Assembly (NCBI GenBank): GCA_008632985.1
Contig: QPGO01000106.1
Location: forward strand, 248,001 to 287,446
Source: Psammoneis japonica
Taxonomy: Eukaryota
Reading direction: 5' to 3'
Length of the DNA stretch: 39,446 bases
The position numbers and the translations under genes were made by a program. Numbering within the stretch: position 1 is the first letter of the stretch; each line of letters starts with the position of its first letter. Positions 35,541 to 39,446 of the stretch are shown piece after piece. The notes beneath the pieces are model-generated. The model was not told where the DNA came from, made no database searches, and saw nothing but the letters and a program-made list of their open reading frames with translations.

Positions 35541-36338
35541 GAGACCAGGCCTCCTGATTGGATGCCTCAAGTCTCGTACCTCGAGACTGGGCCTCCTGAT
35601 TGGATGCCCCAAGTCTCGTGCCTCGAGACTGGGCCTCCTGATTGGATGCCCCAAGTCTCGTACCTCGAGACCAGGTCTCCTGATTGGATGCCTCAAGTCT
35701 CGTACCTCGAGACCAGGCCTCCTGATTGGATGCCTCAAGTCTCGTACCTCGAGACCAGGCCTCCTGATTGGATGCCCCAAGTCTCGTACCTCGAGACTGG
35801 GCCTCCTGATTGGATGCCCCAAGTCTCGTACCTCGAGACTGGGCCTCCTGATTGGATGCCTCAAGTCTCGTACCTCGAGACTGGGCCTCCTGATTGGATG
35901 CCGCAAGTCTCGTACCTCGAGACTAGGCCTCCTGATTGGATGCCCCAAGTCTCGTACCTCGAGACCAGGTCTCCTGATTGGATGTCCCAAGTCTCGCACC
36001 TCGAGACTGGGCCTCCTGATTGGATGCCTCAAGTCTCGCACCTCGAGACTGGGCCTCCTGATTGGATGCCCCAAGTGTCGTACATCGAGACTGGGCCTCC
36101 TGATCGGATGCCCCAAGTCTCGTGCCTTGAGACCAGGCCTCCCAACTGGACTCTCAACGTCTCGTGCCTCAAGACCGGGCCTCCCAATTGGATCCTCCAC
36201 GTCTCATACCTCAAGACTTGGCCTCCGGATTGGATCCCTCAAGTCTTGCGCCATGAGACTCGGCCTCCTGATTGGATCCCCCAAGTCTCGCACCTCAAGA
36301 CTTGGCCTCCTGATTGGATCCCCGAAGACTCGTGTCAC
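35541..36338 (+). repeat. 42-bp tandem array, ~19 clear units plus ~4 degenerate units to ~36490
   Basis: Consensus gagactgggcctcctgattggatgccccaagtctcgtacctc, period exactly 42 (35541, 35583 ... 36297). Encodes ETGPPDWMPQVSYL. Confidence 0.95.
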
Positions 36339-36639
36339 AACACTGGCAAGTCCTTTTGGATCCCAGAAGTCTTGCAGCACGGGACTGGTTGCCCCAATCA
36401 GACATCTGCAGCCTTGCACCACAAGATGTCTTGCTCCAATCCGATCCCCGAAGGCTTGCACCTTGAGACTCGTTTCTCCAATTGGATCAGTCTCTCAGGA
36501 GATGCAGTCAGATTGGTGGAACACAAGACCACCGCTTGTGCCTTTGAACTGATGCTTGCTCTGTTCCCTGAGTCGTGCAAATGCCATGCCGCCTGCAATG
36601 TTGCCCCACCATTCAACATTGTCAACCAGACCAAGCTTT

Positions 36640-36790
36640 GCTCCTTCCATTGCAAGCGCGGATGTGGAATCCCACAAGATCCCAAGTGTGCCTTGAGCTT
36701 TGAAAAGCACAACGGCATCTGCGGTTGGGGAGACGCAGCTCATCTCAAGATGACCCACTTGGAGAATGCAACGTTGCTCTCGGATCTTGA
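36640..36790 (+). pseudogene. Remnant of the copia integrase-RT linker
   Basis: CKRGCGIPQDPKCALSFEKHNGICGWGDAAHLKMTHL resembles the CoDi-type motif YKYGYEIPRxYxxALxLDxxNGNxxWxDAxxLEMxQL with Y to C changes. Confidence 0.6.
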
Positions 36791-36890
36791 TCCTTTCTTG
36801 TCTCCTCATGTTTTGGTGCTTTGACTCCAAAGTTCTTTAGTCAATCCGAAGTCGAATCTGTTTCTGTGGCTCCTCAAGCAAACTGGGGAG

Positions 36891-37166
36891 TGACAGGATT
36901 TGAACAGGATTTAGGTGCGCGCGAAATGTCGCGCGCTGTTTAGTTTACCGTGCACAGTTTTGTGTGCTTTAGTTCCGCGCGTTTGCGCGCGATGTAGTTT
37001 GCTTTCGAGCCACAAGGCTCACAAGAATGACAACAGCAGCCCGATCATGCCAACTTGCACGTCTTTCGGCTCCTGTGACGGTCTCTGAGCGGAGACTCAT
37101 CTGCCATTTAGACAGCAGCAAGGAGTCATTGTTTGAATTCTTGCCATTTGCCTTCAATTTCTGTCA
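36891..37166 (+). repeat. 3' LTR
   Basis: 276-bp direct repeat of 33463-33738. Confidence 0.95.
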
Positions 37167-38090
37167 TCTCCAATGAGCAAGATTTCTTGTGATGATGAAA
37201 CAGGGGCATGTCAACATGTGAGAAGGAGAAGCCAGCAGTCGGAGTGGGCAGGCTAGAGCCATCATCACACCATCAGAGAAAGGTGACATCAGCAGCACCA
37301 GAGGCCATGCAGAGTCACACACAGGCAGTGTGGCAGAGAGACAAAGGCAGAAAAAATGTCAAAGCAGGCAAAGAAAAGGAGGGCGTGGCTCCTGCTCCTT
37401 GCTCAGGCCACAAAAAAAGCTCTTTCTTCTTCACTCATGAGGAGAACAGTTTGGGTTACAGCATTCACAATGCCATCATGAAGGAATCCTTTTGTAGAGA
37501 CGTGAGCATGTTATAAAGAGAAGCGGACACGCCAACCTTGGCGAGGTGCGGTGCTCGTTCTCCAAAATCACGAGCCACTTGAACAACACACGAGCTAAAA
37601 AAGTATTGCCTGTTTTACAGAGGCTTTATACAATTACTATGGAAATGAGTATTTTTATAACCGTTTAAGGGCATGAACGTATTCAGCATTGAAGGCTACA
37701 TTAAAAAATCTGGATCGTGTTCCGACATAATAAAAATTTGATTCCGCGACCAGGCCAATTTTGTTGCTCACAAGATCCAACCACCATCCCTTATCTTGCG
37801 GTGCGACAAGAAAGAAACTTTGTCATTCCACTTTGGCGAGCATCGATATCCTGAGAATCCACCAGGGTGCAGGTAAGAAGATGTTGTTTGAATCGAGGGT
37901 TTTCCTGCTGTAGAGCCCAAAAATAAAAGTGTGAAAAAGCGTCGGGCTCCATTGGTTGTCAGAAGAGCACTTTGAACGTGAGAGGTGTGTGCTGCTCTAC
38001 AGACGAAGGTCCTAAGTTGCTGACTTTTTTTGTCTCAATCCTTTCTTGTGTAAACATTAGGGTGGTTTGGGTAGACGCGCGGAAACAAGA

Positions 38091-39446
38091 ATGAAGTTTG
38101 CACTCGTATTGTGGTCGCAACGGCGGCCCTCTCGATGCAATGCATTTTGGGTTTCGAAAACGACCGGTTCGTTAGTGACAGCATCAGCATGGAACGGCGC
38201 TTGCGTGGAAAGAAGGGTAGTAGCAGTAGTAAAAGCAAGAGTGGAAAGGGCAGCAGCAGCTCAAGCACCTCCAAAAGTAGCAGCTTTTCTGGGTCTTCCG
38301 ATTTACCACCGCCTCCTCCGCTGCCGCCTCCAAGCAGTAGTAGTAGCAGCAGCAGTGGCTGTCCTCCAGGCTCTGTGCACCCGCCGCCCACTCCAACACC
38401 ACGAGTGCCAGCTCCTTCTAGCAGCAGTAGCAGTAGCAGCAACAGCAAGGGTGGCTCAAGCAGCAAGAGCTCGAGCGGCTCGTCTAGCAGCAAAAGCTCA
38501 AGCGGTTCCTCTGGATCAAACCGCAGCAGCTCTTCAAGTTCAAGCAGTAAGTCTTCATCATCAAGTGACGACTGGCGTAGCAGCTCGTCATCATCCAGCA
38601 ACGGTTCCTCATCAAGTAGCAGCAATGGCGCTCCAATGCCGTCACCACCTCCTCCTCCGCCGCCGCAGTCGCTGCCGAAACCACACAGCAGCTCGTCATC
38701 ATCGAGCAAAGGATCATCATCGAGTAGCAGCAAAGGTGCTCCGATGCCGCCACCACCTCCACCGCCACCACCACCTCCTCCGCCGCCGAAACCACACAGC
38801 AGCTCGTCATCATCCAGCAACGGATCCTCATCAAGTAGCAGCAAGGGCGCTCCAAGGCCGCCGCCACCACCTCCTCCTTCTCCTCCTCCTCCACCGCCGC
38901 CGAAACCACACAGCAGCTCATCATCATCCAGTAAGAGATCCTCATCGAGTAGCAGCAAGAGTGCTCCGAGGCCACCACCACCACAACCTGCGCCAACGCC
39001 GCCACTTCCGCCGCCGATACCACACAGCAGCTCGTCATCATCCAGCAAGAGATCCTCATCGAGTACAGCAAGGGCGCTCCAAGGCCGCGGCCACCGCCTC
39101 CTCCTTCCCCTCCTCCACCGCCGCCGAAACCACACAGCAGTCCTCATCATCCAGCAAGCGATCCTCATCGAGTAGCAGCAAGGGCGCTCCAATGCCACCA
39201 ACATCTCCGCCGCCGCTGCCGAAACCACAGCAGCTCGTCATCATCCAGCAAGAGATCCTCGTCGAGTAGCAGCAAGGGCGCTCCGCTGCCACCACCACCT
39301 CCTCCGCCGCCGACCCCTCCAACGCCACCACACCTCCACCAGTCCGCCCACTTCCGCCGCCGAAACCACACAGCAGCTCATCATCATCCAGCAAGAGATC
39401 GAGTAGCAGCAAGGGCGCTCCAATACCAAAGCCAACCCCACCACCG
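38091..39446 (+). CDS. Secreted Ser/Pro/Lys-rich repeat protein, paralogue of the 25286 gene; frameshifted as assembled and truncated by the window end
   Basis: 5' end aligns with 25286 (MKxAxV..[43 protein letters not shown]). One base is missing near 38109. ~33-aa repeats [23 protein letters not shown](P)n. Further indels near 39065, 39140 and 39229. Confidence 0.7.

Larger units (their letters stand above)
33463..37166 (+). mobile_element. Non-autonomous Ty1/copia (CoDi-like) LTR retroelement, 3.7 kb
   Basis: Two 276-bp LTRs with TGACAG...CTGTCA ends. TCTCC target-site duplication (33458-33462, 37167-37171). Purine tract ggggag before the 3' LTR. Gag-like N-terminus and an IN-RT linker remnant are present, but no RT/IN core is visible. 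Confidence 0.93.

Noticed and set aside
35541..36338. CRISPR array
   Set aside because: Head-to-tail 42-bp units with no unique spacers, inside an LTR element in eukaryotic DNA, with no cas genes.
35281..36552. 423-aa SRTSRLGLLIGCPK-repeat ORF and 241-aa antisense ORF as separate genes
   Set aside because: Alternative frames of a stop-free 42-bp repeat. Only the 35562 frame connects to copia-like sequence.

Overview
Eukaryotic genomic DNA, most likely a pennate diatom. The evidence is short GT-AG introns, Ty1/copia remnants resembling diatom CoDi elements, and secreted Ser/Lys/Pro-rich proteins with RRL processing sites. The window alternates between normal gene islands (~2.25-7.4, 12.1-16.0, 22.8-27.4, 37.5-39.4 kb) and blocks strongly depleted of both TpA and CpG (~0-2.2, 7.4-12.1, 16.0-22.8, 27.45-33.46, 37.17-37.5 kb). 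Gene islands hold a lipoxygenase, a RING E3 ligase (RNF141/AIRP2-like), an unknown protein, an MLKL-like helical domain + kinase + TM + 7x FG-GAP protein split into two frames, an HNH-like/ExoX-C protein and two Ser/Pro-rich secreted paralogues, one with a leishmanolysin-type protease. Depleted blocks hold decayed copies of neighbouring genes, a copia RT/RNaseH remnant and degenerate tandem repeats. A complete non-autonomous LTR element (276-bp LTRs, 5-bp TSD, internal 42-bp array) sits at 33.46-37.17 kb. Main signal: copy-versus-copy comparisons show a repeat-targeted hypermutation converting TpA (as well as CpG) to TpG/CpA, the opposite direction to fungal RIP. Second: a candidate single-chain receptor/kinase/cell-death-domain protein. 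All alignments were done by eye, and boundaries of decayed features are approximate.
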